Of a stretch of DNA of 64,000 nucleotides, positions 13,161 to 24,689 are shown in pieces (the first letter of the stretch is position 1; each line of letters starts with the position of its first letter). The notes beneath the pieces were generated by a model. That model worked only from the letters and a program-made list of their open reading frames with translations, was not told the DNA's origin and ran no database searches. The stretch comes from Mobula hypostoma (lineage: Eukaryota), in NCBI RefSeq assembly GCF_963921235.1, contig NC_086097.1:122886001-122950000 (forward strand), written 5' to 3'. The translations under genes were made by a program, and so were the position numbers.

Positions 13161-13802
13161 TATATTTAGTTCTCCTCCAGAAAAACTATTCTCTGGTGTA
13201 CTTAACAGTGGTAACCTGGTGCAAGTTTATTAATGAAGCTGTAAGTGGGATTAGCTGTAATAACCCAATTAAAAATTGTAAAACATGGCTGAAAGTTATA
13301 TTGGATGATTTAGTTATTTATTTGTTGCATACTGTCAGTTTTACTACCTTTATGTGGGAAGGATGGGATAGATTGATCCTGGTGTAGGTTAAGGGGTCAG
13401 CATGACATTGTGAGCCAAAGAGCCTGCTCTGTGCTGTATTGTTCTATGTTCCATGTCTAACCTCTCCAAACTTTTGGTGGAATTTTGCAACTTGTGACCA
13501 GGAAGTGAGACCAAGTTCTGAGGAGAATCAGATCCAGGTGAATTGATTGGTGAATTTAAAAAAAAGAAAGTGGAATGCATAAATCTTTAGGTGTGATACC
13601 TTCACTTGTGAATTTCCTTCACATTATGCACTAAGTTTGCACAACAACCGAGCTGTCAAATCTAGCAGTACCAACTGGGACCTGCATCCCACGACGCTTG
13701 GAGCTCAAACTGTTTTTAAGCACATTTCTTTTAACATTGCCCTTTTCCAACCTTTGCATAGTTTTCCAATATTCCTTATCAGGTGATCAGCTTGAGAGAA
13801 TA

Positions 13803-14833
13803 CACTCAGTGGCCACTTTAGGTACACCTGTACACCTGCTCATTGATGCAAATATCTATTCAGAATCAGAATCAGATTTAATATCACAGGCATATGTCAT
13901 GAAATTTGTCAACCTGACGGTAGCAGTACAATGAAATATGTGATAAATAAATATAGAGAAAAAATTGTTATATTAAGTGTATATTTATCTATTAAATAGT
14001 TAAGTTAAAATAAGTAGATTAAAAAAACGGAAATAAAAAGTAGTGAGGTAGAGTTAATGGATTCAATGCCCATTTAGGAATCGGATGGCAGAGGGGAAGA
14101 AGCTGTTCCTGAATCGCTGAGTGTGTGCCTTCAGGCTTCTGTACCTCCTTCCCGATGGTAACAGTGAGAAGAGGGCATGTCCTGGGTGGTGAGGATCCTT
14201 AATGATGTACACCACCTTCCTAAAGCACTGCTCCTTGAAGATGTCTTGGATACCATGGAGGCCAGTGCCCAAGATGGTGCAGACTAATTTTACAAGTTCT
14301 GCAACTTATTTTGATCTTGTGTGGTAGCCACCATATACCAGACCAGATTGGCATACCAGCCAATCATATGGTAGCACCTCAATGCATAAAAGCATGCGGA
14401 CATAGTCAAGAGGTTAATTTGTTGTTCAGACCAAACATCAGAATGGGGAAGAAATGTGATCTAAGTGACTTTGACCACGATGGTTTGAGTACCTCAGAAA
14501 CTGCTGATCTCCTGGGAGTTTTACGCACAACTGTCTCTAGAGTTTACAGAGAACAGTGTGGAAACCAAAAAAAAAAATCAATGAGCATCTGTACTGTGGG
14601 CTAAAGTGCCTTGTTGATGAGAGAGGACAGAGGAGAATGGTTCAAGCTGACAGGAAGGTGACAGTAACTCAAATAACCACACGATACAACAGTGGTGTGC
14701 AGAAGAATATCTCAGAATGTGCAACACTTCGAACCTTGAAGTGAATGGTCTACAGCAACAAAAGACCACGAACATACACGCAGAGGTTAACCTATTAGAT
14801 AAAGGAGGTACCAAATAAAATTACCATTGAGGG
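13803..14833 (+). mobile_element. Tc1-like DNA transposon deletion derivative, with a nested Rex/Babar 3' fragment (minus, about 13860-14345)
   Basis: TA|cactcagtggccacttt..ggtacacc left TIR and a degenerate right TIR ending ttgaggg|TA. Transposase N-terminal HTH remnant MGKKCDLSDFD..GLSTSETADLLG..RTTVSRVYRE. Confidence 0.8.
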
Positions 14834-15663
14834 TACCTTCTTACCAACTTCATCAAAGTTCAAACTAAATTTATTATCAAAGTACATACAGTGTAGAAAC
14901 ATAGAAACACAGAAAATAGGTGCAGGAGTAGGCCATTTGGCCCATCGAGCCTGCACCGCCATTCAGTATGATCATGGCTGATCATCCGACTCAGAACCCG
15001 AGACCTGCCTTCCCTCCATACCCCCTGATCCCTTTAGCCACAAGGGCCTTATCTAACTCCTTCTTAAATATAGCTAATGAACTGGCCTCAACTGTTTCCT
15101 GTGGCAGAGAATTCCACAGATTCACCACTCTCTGTGTGAAGAAGTTTTTCTTAATCTCGGTCCTAAAAGGCTTCTGCTTTATTCTCAAACTGTGACCCCT
15201 CGTTCTGGTCTTCCCCAACACCAGGAACAAGCTTCCTGCATCTAGCCTGTCCAATCCCTTTAGGATCTTATACGTTTCAATCAGATCCCCCCTCAATCTT
15301 CTAAATTCCAACGAGTACAAGCCCAATTCATCCAGTCTTTCTTCATATGAAAGTCCTGCCATCCCAGGAATCAATCTGGTGAACCTTCTTTGTACTCCCT
15401 CTATGGCAAGAATGTCAGTCCTCAGATTAAGGGACCAAAACTGCACACAATACTCCAGGTGTGGTCTCACCAAGGCCTTGTACAACTGCAGTAGTACCTC
15501 CCTGCTCCTGTACTCGAATCGTCTTGCTATGAATGCCAGCATATCGTTTGCCTTTTTCACCGCCTGCTGTACCTGCATGCCCACTTTCAATGACTGGTGT
15601 ATAATGACACCCAGGTTTCGTTGCACCTCCCCTTTTCCTAATCGACCACCATTCAGATAATAA

Positions 15664-15865
15664 AAACAACAGGAATTCTGCAGATGCTGGAAATTCAAGC
15701 AACACACATAAAAGTTGCTGGTGAACGCAGCAGGCCAGGCAGCATCTCTAGGAAGAGGTGCAGTCGACGTTTCAGGACGAAGAGTCTCGGCCTGAAACTT
15801 GACTGCACCTCTTCCTAGAGATGCTGCCTGGCCTGCTGCGTTCACCAGCAACTTTGATGTGTGTT
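15664..15865. mobile_element. Penelope-like terminal-repeat fold-back insertion
   Basis: Inverted arms of about 75 bp (15701-15776 and 15791-15865). 13-bp TSD attcagataataa (15651-15663 and 15866-15878). The sequence matches the 22346-22664 element. Confidence 0.85.
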
Positions 15866-17440
15866 ATTCAGATAATAATCTGTTTTCCTGTTTTTGCCAC
15901 CAAGGTGGATAACCTCACATTTATCCACTTTAAATTGCATCTGCCATGAATTTGCCCACTCACTTAACCTATCCAAGTCACCCTGTATCGTCTTAGCATC
16001 CTCCTCATAGCTAACACTGCTGCCCAGCTTCGTGTCATCCGCAAACTTGGAAATGCTGCATTTAATTCCTTTGTCTAAGTCATTAATATATATTGTAAAC
16101 AACTGGGGTCCCAGCACTGAGCCTTGCGGTATCCCACTAGTCACTGCCTGCAATTCTGAAAGAGGTCCCATTTATTCCCACTCTTTGCTTCCTGTCTGCC
16201 AACCAATTTTCTATCCACATCAATACCATACACCCAATACCGTGTGCTTTAAGTTTGCACACTGATTTCCTGTGTGGAACCTTGTCAAAAGCCTTTTGAA
16301 AATCCAAATATACCACATCCACTGGTTCTCCCCTATCCACTCTACTAGTTGCATCCTCAAAAAATTCTATCAGATTCGTCAGACATGATTTTCCTTTCAC
16401 AAATCCATGCTGACTTTGTCCGATGATCTCACCGCTTTCCAAATGTGCTGTTATCACATCTTTGATAACTGACTCTAGCATTGTCCCCACCACCGATGTT
16501 AGGCTAACCGGTCTATAACTCCCCGGTTTCTCTCTCCCTCCTTTTTTAAAAAGTGGGGTTACATTAGCCACCCTCCATTCCTCAGGAACTAGTCCAGAAT
16601 CTAAAGAATTTTGAAAAATTATCACTGATGCATCCACTATTTCTTGGGCTACTTCCTTAAGCACTCTGGGATGCAGACCACCTGGCCCTGGGGATTTATC
16701 TGCCTTTAATCCCTTCAATTTACCTAATACCACTTCCCTACTAACACGTATTTCCCTCAGTTCCTCCATCTCACTAGACCCTCTGTCCGCTACTATTTCC
16801 GGAAGATTATTTATGTCCTCCTTAGTGAAGACAGAACCAACGCAGTTATTCAATTAGTCAGCCATGTCCTTGCTCCCCATAATCAATTCACCTGTTTCTG
16901 TCTGTAAGGGACCTACATTTGTCTTAACCAATCTTTTTCTTTTCACATATCTATCAAAGGTTTTACAGTCAGTTTTTATGTTCCCTGCCAGTTTTCTCTC
17001 ATAATTTCTTTTCCCTTTCCTAATTAAGCCCTTTGTCCTCCTCTGCTGGACTCTGAATTTCTCCCAGTCCTCAGGTGAGCTGCTTTTCTGGCTAATTTGC
17101 ATGTTTCTTCCTTGGAATTGATACTATCCCTGATTTCCCTTGTCAGCCACGGGTGCACTACCTTCCCTGATTTATTCTTTTGCCAAACTGGGATGAATAA
17201 CTGTTGTGGTTCATCGATGCGACCTTTAAATGCCATTGCATATCCACCGTCAACCCTTTAAGTGTCATTTGCCAGTCTATCTTAGCTAATTCACGTCTCA
17301 TACCTTCAAAGTTACCCCTCTTTAAGTTCAGAACCTTTGTTTCTGAATTAACTATGTCACTCTCCATCTTAATGAAGAATTCCACCATATTATGGTCACT
17401 CTTACCCAAGGGGCCTCTCACGATAAGATTCCTAATTAAC

Positions 17441-20357
17441 CATAGAAACCATAGAAACTACAGCACAGAAACAGGCCCTTTGGCCCTTCTTGGCTGTACC
17501 GAACCATTTTCTGCCTAGTCCCACTGACCTGCACACGGACCATATCCCTCCATACACCTCCCATCCATGTATCTGTCCAATTTATTCTTAAATGTTAAAA
17601 AAGAACCCGCATTTACCACCTCATCTGGCAGCTCATTCCACACTCCCACCACCCTCTGTGTGAAGAAGCCTCCCCTAATGTTCCCCCTAAACTTTTCCCC
17701 CCTCACCCTTAACCCATGTCCTCTGGTTTTTTTCTCCCCTTGCCTCAGTGGAAAAAGCCTGCTTGCATTCACTCTATCTATACCCATCATAATTTTATAT
17801 ACCTCTATCAAATCTCCCCTCATTCTTCTACGCTCCAGGGAATAAAGTCCCAACCTATTCAACCTTTCTCTGTAACTGAGTTTCTCAAGTCCCGGCAACA
17901 TCCTTGTAAACCTTCTCTGCAGTCTTTCAAACTTATTTATATCCTTCCTGTAATTTGGTGACCAAAACTGAACACAATACTCCAGATTCAGCCTCACCAA
18001 TGCCTTATACAACCTCATCATAACATTCCAGCTCTTATACTCAATACTACGATTAATAAAGGCCAATGTACCAAAAGCTCTCTTTACGACCCTATCTACC
18101 TGTGACGACACTTTTAGGGAATTTTGTATCTGTATTCCCAGATCCCTCTGTTCCACTGCACTCCTCAGTGCCTTACCATTAACCCTGTATGTTCTACGTT
18201 GGTTTGTCCTTCCAACGTTCAATACCTCATACTTGTCAGTATTAAACTCCATCTGCCATTTTTCAGCCCATTTTTCCAGCTGGTCCAAGTCCCTCTGCAG
18301 GCTCTGAAAACCTTCCTCACTGTCCACTACACCTCCAATCTTTGTATCATCAGCAAACTTGCTGATCCAATTTACCACATTATCATCCAGATCATTGATA
18401 TAGATGACAAATAACAATGGACCCAGCACTGATCCCTGTGGCACACCACTAGTCACAGGCCTCCACTCAGAGAAGCAATTTTCTACCACCACTCTCTGGC
18501 TTCTTTCATCGAGCCAATGTCCAATCCAATTTACCACCTCTCCATGTATACCTAGCGACTGAATTTTCCTAACTAACCTCCCATGCGGGACCTTGTCAAA
18601 GGCCTTACTGAAGTCCATGTAGACAATATCCACTGCCTTCCCTTCATCCACTTTCCTGGTAACCTCCTCGAAAAACTCCAACAGATTGGTCAAACATGAC
18701 CTACCACGCACAAAGCCATGTTGACTCTCCCTAATAAGCCCCTGTCTATCCAAATGCTTGTAGATTCTGTCTCTTAGTACTCCCTCCAATAACTTACCTA
18801 CTACTGACGTTAAACTCAACGGCCTATAATTTCCCGGATTACTTTTCGATCCTTTTTTAAACAACGGAACAACATGAGCCACTCTCCAATCCTCCGGCAC
18901 TTCAACCGTAGACAGCGACATTTTAAATATTTCTGCCAGGGCCCCCGCAATTTCAACACTAGTCTCCTTCAAGGTCCGAGGGAACACTCTGACAGGTCCC
19001 GGGGATTTATCCACTTTAATTTTCCTCAAGACAGCAAGCACCTCCTCCTTTTCAATCTGTACAGTTTCCATGGTCTCACTACTTGATTCCCTCAATTCCA
19101 TAGATTTCATGCCAGCTTCCTTAGTAAATACAGACACAAAAAACCTATTTAAGATCTCCCCCATTTCCTTTGGTTCCACACAAAGCCGACCACTCTGATC
19201 TTCAGGAGGACCAATTTTATCCCTTACAATCCTTTTGCTCTTAATATACTTGTAAAAGCTCTTTGGATTCTCCTTCGCTTTGACTGCCAAGGCAACCTCA
19301 TGTCTTCTTTTAGTCCTCCTGATTTCTTTCTTAAGTATTTTCTTGCACTTCTTATACTCCTCAAGCGCCTGATTTACCCCCTGTTTCCTATACATTTCAT
19401 ACAATTCCCTCTTCTTCTTTATCAGAGTTGCAATATCCCTTGAGAACCAAGGTTCCTTATTCCTATTCAATTTGCCTTTAATCCTGACAGGAACATACAA
19501 ACTCTGCACTCTCAAAATTTCCCCTTTGAAGGCTTCCCACCTACCAATCACATCTTTGCCAGAGAACAACCTGTCCCAATCCACGCTCTTTAGATCCTTT
19601 CTCATTTCTTCAAATTTGGCCTTCTTCCGGTTCAGAACCTCAACCCTAGGACCAGATCTATCCTTGTCCATGATCAAATTGAAACTAATGGTGTTATGAT
19701 CACTGGAACCAAAGTGCTCCCCTACACAGACTTCTGTCACTTGTCCTAACTCGTTTCATAACAGCAGATCCAATATTGCATCCCCTCTAGTTGGTCCCTC
19801 TATATATTGATTTAGAAATCTTTCCTGAACACATTTTACAAACTCTAAACCATCTAGACCCCTAACAGTATGGGAGTCCCAATCAATGTATGGAAAATTA
19901 AAATCCCCTACCACCACAACTTTATGTTTCCTGCAGTTGCCTGCTATCTCTCTGCAGATTTGCTCTTCTAAGTCTCGTTGACTATTGGGTGGTCTGTAAT
20001 ACAATCCCACTAATGTGGCCATACCTTTCCTGTTTCTAAGCTCTACCCATAAGGACTCAGTAGACAAGCCTTCTAATCTGTCCTGCCTGAGCACTGCTGT
20101 AATATTTTCCCTAACAAGCAATGCTACTCCCTCACCTTTCATTCCTCTGCCTCGATCACATCTGAAACATCGGAACCCTGGAATATTAAACTGCCAGTCC
20201 TGCCCCTCCTGTAGCCAAGTTTCACTAATTGCTACAACATCATAATTCCACCTGTCAATCCACGCCCTCAACTCGTCCGCCTTCCCCACAATACTCCTAG
20301 CATTGAAATATATACACCTCAGATTTTTACCACCACTCACAACTTTTCTATCAGCGG
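17441..20357 (-). mobile_element. CR1 LINE (family A) with nearly intact ORF2 (APE + RT), nested in the family B CR1
   Basis: ORFs 19756-20370 (LRCIYFNARS, ISETWL, GDFNFP) and 17515-19740 (741 aa) are in frame and separated by one TGA. Tail catagaaac at 17441. The short sequence aac(c) is repeated at both junctions. Confidence 0.95.
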
Positions 20358-22345
20358 AACCCTTCCGCATTGCTCAATACCCAATCTAGAATGGCCTGCT
20401 CTCTAGTTGGTTCCTCGACATGTTGGTTCAAAACACCATCCCGCATACATTCCAAGAAATCCACTTCCTCAGCACCCTTATCAATTTGGTTCACCCAATC
20501 TATATGTAGATTGAAGTCACCCATTATAACTGCTGTTCCTTTATTGCACGCATTTCTAATTTCCTATTTTATGCCATCCCCAAACTCACTACTACTGTTA
20601 GGTGGCTTGTACACAACTCCCACCAGCGATTTCTGCCCCTTAGTGTTATGCAGCTTTACCCATATCGATTCCACATCCTCCCAGCTAATGCCCTTCCTTT
20701 CTATTGCATTAATCTCCTCTCTAACCAGCAATGCTACCCTACTTCCTTTTCTTTCATGTCTATCCCTCCTGAATATTGAATATCCCTGAATGTTGAGCTC
20801 CCATCCTTGGTCACCCTGGAGCCATGTCTCTGTGATCCCAACTATATCATAATCATTAATAACTATCTGCACTTTTAATGTATGTCACCATATTCTACCT
20901 TGAGATTCGTTTCTCGCAGGCATTCACAAGAAACAAAGGAATACAATAGAATCAGTGGAAAGCTACACACAAAGACTGACAAGCAACCAATATGCAAAAG
21001 AAGACAAACTGCAAATACAAAAAAAGAACTAAATAAACTGAGAACATGAGTTATAGAGTCCTGCGAAGTGAGTTCATAGGTTGCGTTCAGTGATTGGTTC
21101 AGTGTGTGGAGATAAGTGAAGTTCATTCTGTGGCTTCTCCTTTAAGCTAACATTTATTATTAACAGGTGGTCTGCATTCCAGTTGTCTTACTAAATATTA
21201 AAGTTCTGATTCAACAACGTGTATTTTAATAAGCTGGAGCACATGAGTTAGATATGGGAAGTATGGGAAGTCTGGAAAGGCAGGGAAATTGGAAGCACAT
21301 TGGAGAAATGGTTCCAGGATATTAAGCCCTGTGCATTGAACCCTCTTAGGAAAGCAGTTTGTCAATTAGCATAATTTAATTCACCAAGCAGAGAAGCATG
21401 GACAAAAATGTTTGACTTTGATATTGGAACTGTTAGTTTGATGGGGTTCATGAAACGCACCATGGCAAATAAGATCCACACATTGCAGCAACTGAGAAGG
21501 CAAGATGAATTACCTTGGAATATACCATACTCAGTGGACTCTGTCTGCATTTCTCACTGCCTTGGTAAAGCCGCCAGCATAATCGAGGACTCTCATCGAC
21601 CCTAGGCATTCTCTCTTCTCCCCCCACCTCCCCCTGGGCAGGACATACAAAAGCCTGAGAGAACGTATCACCAGGCTCAAGGACAGCTTCTATCCTGCTA
21701 TTATAAGACTGCTGAACTGTTCCTAATATGATATGATGGACACTTAACTGCACAATCGACAATGTCATGACCTTACACCTTAATGACTGCCTACACCGCA
21801 CCTTCTCTGCAACTGTAACAATCTATTCTGTTATTGTTTTCCCCTTGTGCTGCCTCAGTGCACTGATTAAATGAAATGAATAGTATGCACAATAAAGTTT
21901 TCACTGTACTTCAATATATGTAGCAAGAATAAATCAAATACAAACAACTACTAGATAGTCTGTATGCACAGCTATTGGCTACTTGTGAGTGGGAAAGAGT
22001 TCTTTCAGTGTTTTTAATGAGCGAATTTTCTTCATGTCAGAAGAGTGCTTGGTCAAATTAAGGTGTGCGCATTTATGTCTTAATCTCCTAGTAAATTCCT
22101 GGGAAAGGTATGACCAGTACAAAAGGGAAGGCAACATCTGAACAAGGGGAGAATCAACATTCTCGCAGACAGGTTTGAGGTGGGTTTAAACTAATTTGGC
22201 AGAGAGATGTGAACTGGAATGATAGGGCTGAGGATAGGGATATTGGTTTACAAGCAGAGGGAGTGTAACGTGAGATTGTTAGGAAGGATAGGCAGATGAC
22301 AGGGCAAATTTGTAGTCAGTGAGATGGGCTGCAACGTAAAAGGGA

Positions 22346-22664
22346 GTCCCACCCCCCCTTGTCTTTCTTCCCGGACCTCCTGTCCCATGATCCTCTCGTA
22401 TCCCTTTTGCCAATCACCTGTCCAGCTCTTGGCTCCATCCCTCCCCCTCCTGTCTTCTCCTATCATTTTGGATCTCCCCCTCCCCCTCCAACTTTCAAAT
22501 CCCTTACTCACTCTTCCTTCAGTTAGTCCTGACGAAGGGTCTCGGCCTGAAACGTCGACTGCACCTCTTCCTAGAGATGCTGCCTGGCCTGCTGCGTTCA
22601 CCAGCAACTTTGATGTGTGTTGCTTGAATTTCCAGCATCTGCAGAATTCCTGTTGTTTGCGTTT
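22346..22664 (+). mobile_element. Penelope-like element terminal repeat (pLTR) fragment
   Basis: Pyrimidine-rich leader, then a hammerhead core, then the same 3' segment seen in the fold-back insertions. The PLE assignment rests on the known association of minimal hammerheads with PLE pLTRs. Confidence 0.75.
22525..22560 (+). ncRNA. Minimal type I hammerhead ribozyme motif
   Basis: agtc-CTGACGA-agg(gtctcgg)cct-GAAA-cg-TC-gact. Stem I is agtc/gact, stem II is agg/cct, both core boxes are intact, stem III is reduced to palindromic ACGT, and the predicted cut is after GUC at 22556. Confidence 0.75.
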
Positions 22665-23730
22665 ACAAATACAGGACTGAAGGTTTTATACTTGAATGCA
22701 CGCAGTATACAAAATAAGGTAGATGATATTGTGGTGCAGTTAGAGGTTGGCAGGTATGATGTTGTAGGTATCACAGAGTCATGGCTGAAAGACAATTGTA
22801 GTTGGAAGCTTAATATCCAAGGATATACAATCTATCAAAGGGACAAGCAGGTAGGCAGAGGAGGAAGAGTGGATCTGTTGGTAAAAAAAATGAAATCAAA
22901 TCTTTAGAAAGAGGTGACATAGGATCAGAAGATGTAAAATACTTCTGGGTAGGGTTAAGAAACGGCAAGGGTAAGAAGACCCTGATGGGAGTAATTTCCA
23001 GGCTTCTGAACAGTAGCCACGATGTGGTCTACAAATTACAGCAGGAGATAGAAAAAGCATGTCAAAAAGACAATGTCATGGGGATTTCCGTATGCAGATA
23101 GATTGGGAAAATCAACTTGATGCTGGATCCCAAGAGAGAGAATTTGTGGAATGCCTCCCAAATGGCTATTTGGTTGAGCCCACTATGGGATCAGCTATTC
23201 TGGATTGGGTGTTGCGTAGTGAAACAGATATAATTAGGAAGCTTATGGTAAAGAAACATTTAGGTGTGAGTGATCATAATATGATAGAATTCACCCTGCA
23301 ATTTGAGAGGGAAAAGCTAAAGCCAGATGTATCAGTACTGCAGTGGAGTAAAGTGAATTACAGAGGCATGGGAAAGGAGCTGGCCAAAAATGAGTGGAAG
23401 GGGACACTTGCAGGGATGACAAAAGAGCAGCAATAACTGTAGTTTCTGGGAATAATTCAGAGGGCGCAGGATAAATACATCCCAAACAAGAGCAAGTACT
23501 CTAACAGCAGGATAACATAACCATTGCTGACAAGGGAAGGCAAAGCCAACATAAAAGCAAGAGAGAGAACATAGAATAGAGCAAAACTTAGTGGGAAGTT
23601 AGAGGAGTGGGCATTTTTTAGAAACCAACAGAAGACAACTAAAAAAATATAGTGGGGGAAAAGATTAAATATGAAGGTAAGCTAGAGAAGTAGTAATAGG
23701 AGACAAGGAAATGATGGGTGAGCTGAACAA

Positions 23731-24605
23731 TCAGAATCAGAATCAGAATCAAGTTTATTATCACCAGCATGCTTCGTGAAATTTGTTAACTTAGCAGCAG
23801 CAGTTCAATGCAATACATAATATAGAAGTAAAATAATAATAATAATAATAGTAATAATAAATAAGTAAATCAATTATAGCATACATATATTGAATAGATT
23901 AAAAATCATGGAAAAAACAAATAATATATATTAAAAAAGTGAGGTGGTCTTCAAGGGTTCAATGTCCATTTGGGAATTGGATGGCAGAGGGAAAGAAGCT
24001 GTTCCTGAATTACTGAGTGTGTGCCTTCAGGCTTCTGTACCTCCAAACCGATGGTAACAGTGAGAAAAGGGTATGCCCTGCATGCTGGAGGTCCTTAATA
24101 ATAGACGCTGCCTTCCTGAGATACTGCTCCTTGAAGATGTCCTGGGTACTTTGTAGGCTAGTACCCAAGATAGAATCAACTAAATTTACAACCCTCTGCA
24201 GCTTCTTTCGGTCCTGTGCAGCAGCCCCTCCCACCCTATACCAGACAGTGATGCAGCCTGTCAGAATGCTCTCCACGGTACATCTATAGAAGATTTTGAG
24301 TGTATTTGTTGACATACCAAATCTCTTCAAGCTCCTAATGAAGTATAATTGCTGTTTTACCTTCTTTATAACTGCTTCGATATATTGGGACCAGGTTAGA
24401 TCTTCAGAGATCTTGACACCCAGGAACTTGAAACTGCTCACTCTCTCCACTTCTAATCCCTGTACGAGGATTGCTATGTGTTCCTTCTTCTTACACTTCC
24501 TGAAGTTCACAATCAGCTCTTTCGTCTTACTGACATTAAGTGCCAGGTTGTTACTACGACATCACTCCACTAGTTGGCATATCTCACTCCTGTATGCCCT
24601 CTCAT
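23731..24605 (-). mobile_element. Rex1/Babar-type LINE 3' portion
   Basis: ORF 24010-24510 (ERVSSFKFLGVKISEDLTW, ESILTGCITVWY) and a (tcagaa)n tail at 23731. Same family as 6002-6944. Confidence 0.85.
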
Positions 24606-24689
24606 ATCTTATATCAGTGTTAACTGTGGAAGGCACTAGAAGTAGGTTGGAAGTTCAAGAGGCCAAGAAGCAGAAGTGAGTGCAGTATG

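Larger units (their letters stand above)
14894..20878 (-). mobile_element. CR1 LINE (family B) ORF2 region, decayed, host to two nested insertions
   Basis: Tail catagaaa repeats at the left end. RT and APE fragments in ORFs 14991-15851, 15842-16171, 16137-16853, 17158-17421 and 20564-20872. Colinear with the uninterrupted sister copy at 44393-47447. Confidence 0.92.
22100..24685 (+). mobile_element. Degenerate CR1 (end of ORF1 and APE), interrupted by a Penelope repeat (22346-22664) and a Rex/Babar LINE (23731-24605)
   Basis: GLKVLYLNARSIQNK, VGITESWL and SDHNMIEFTLQF motifs. Confidence 0.8.

Noticed and set aside
14991..15851. 286-aa ORF with a novel-looking N-terminus fused to an RT C-terminus
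   Set aside because: The N-terminus is read-through of the Penelope hairpin insert into a decayed CR1. It is not a gene.
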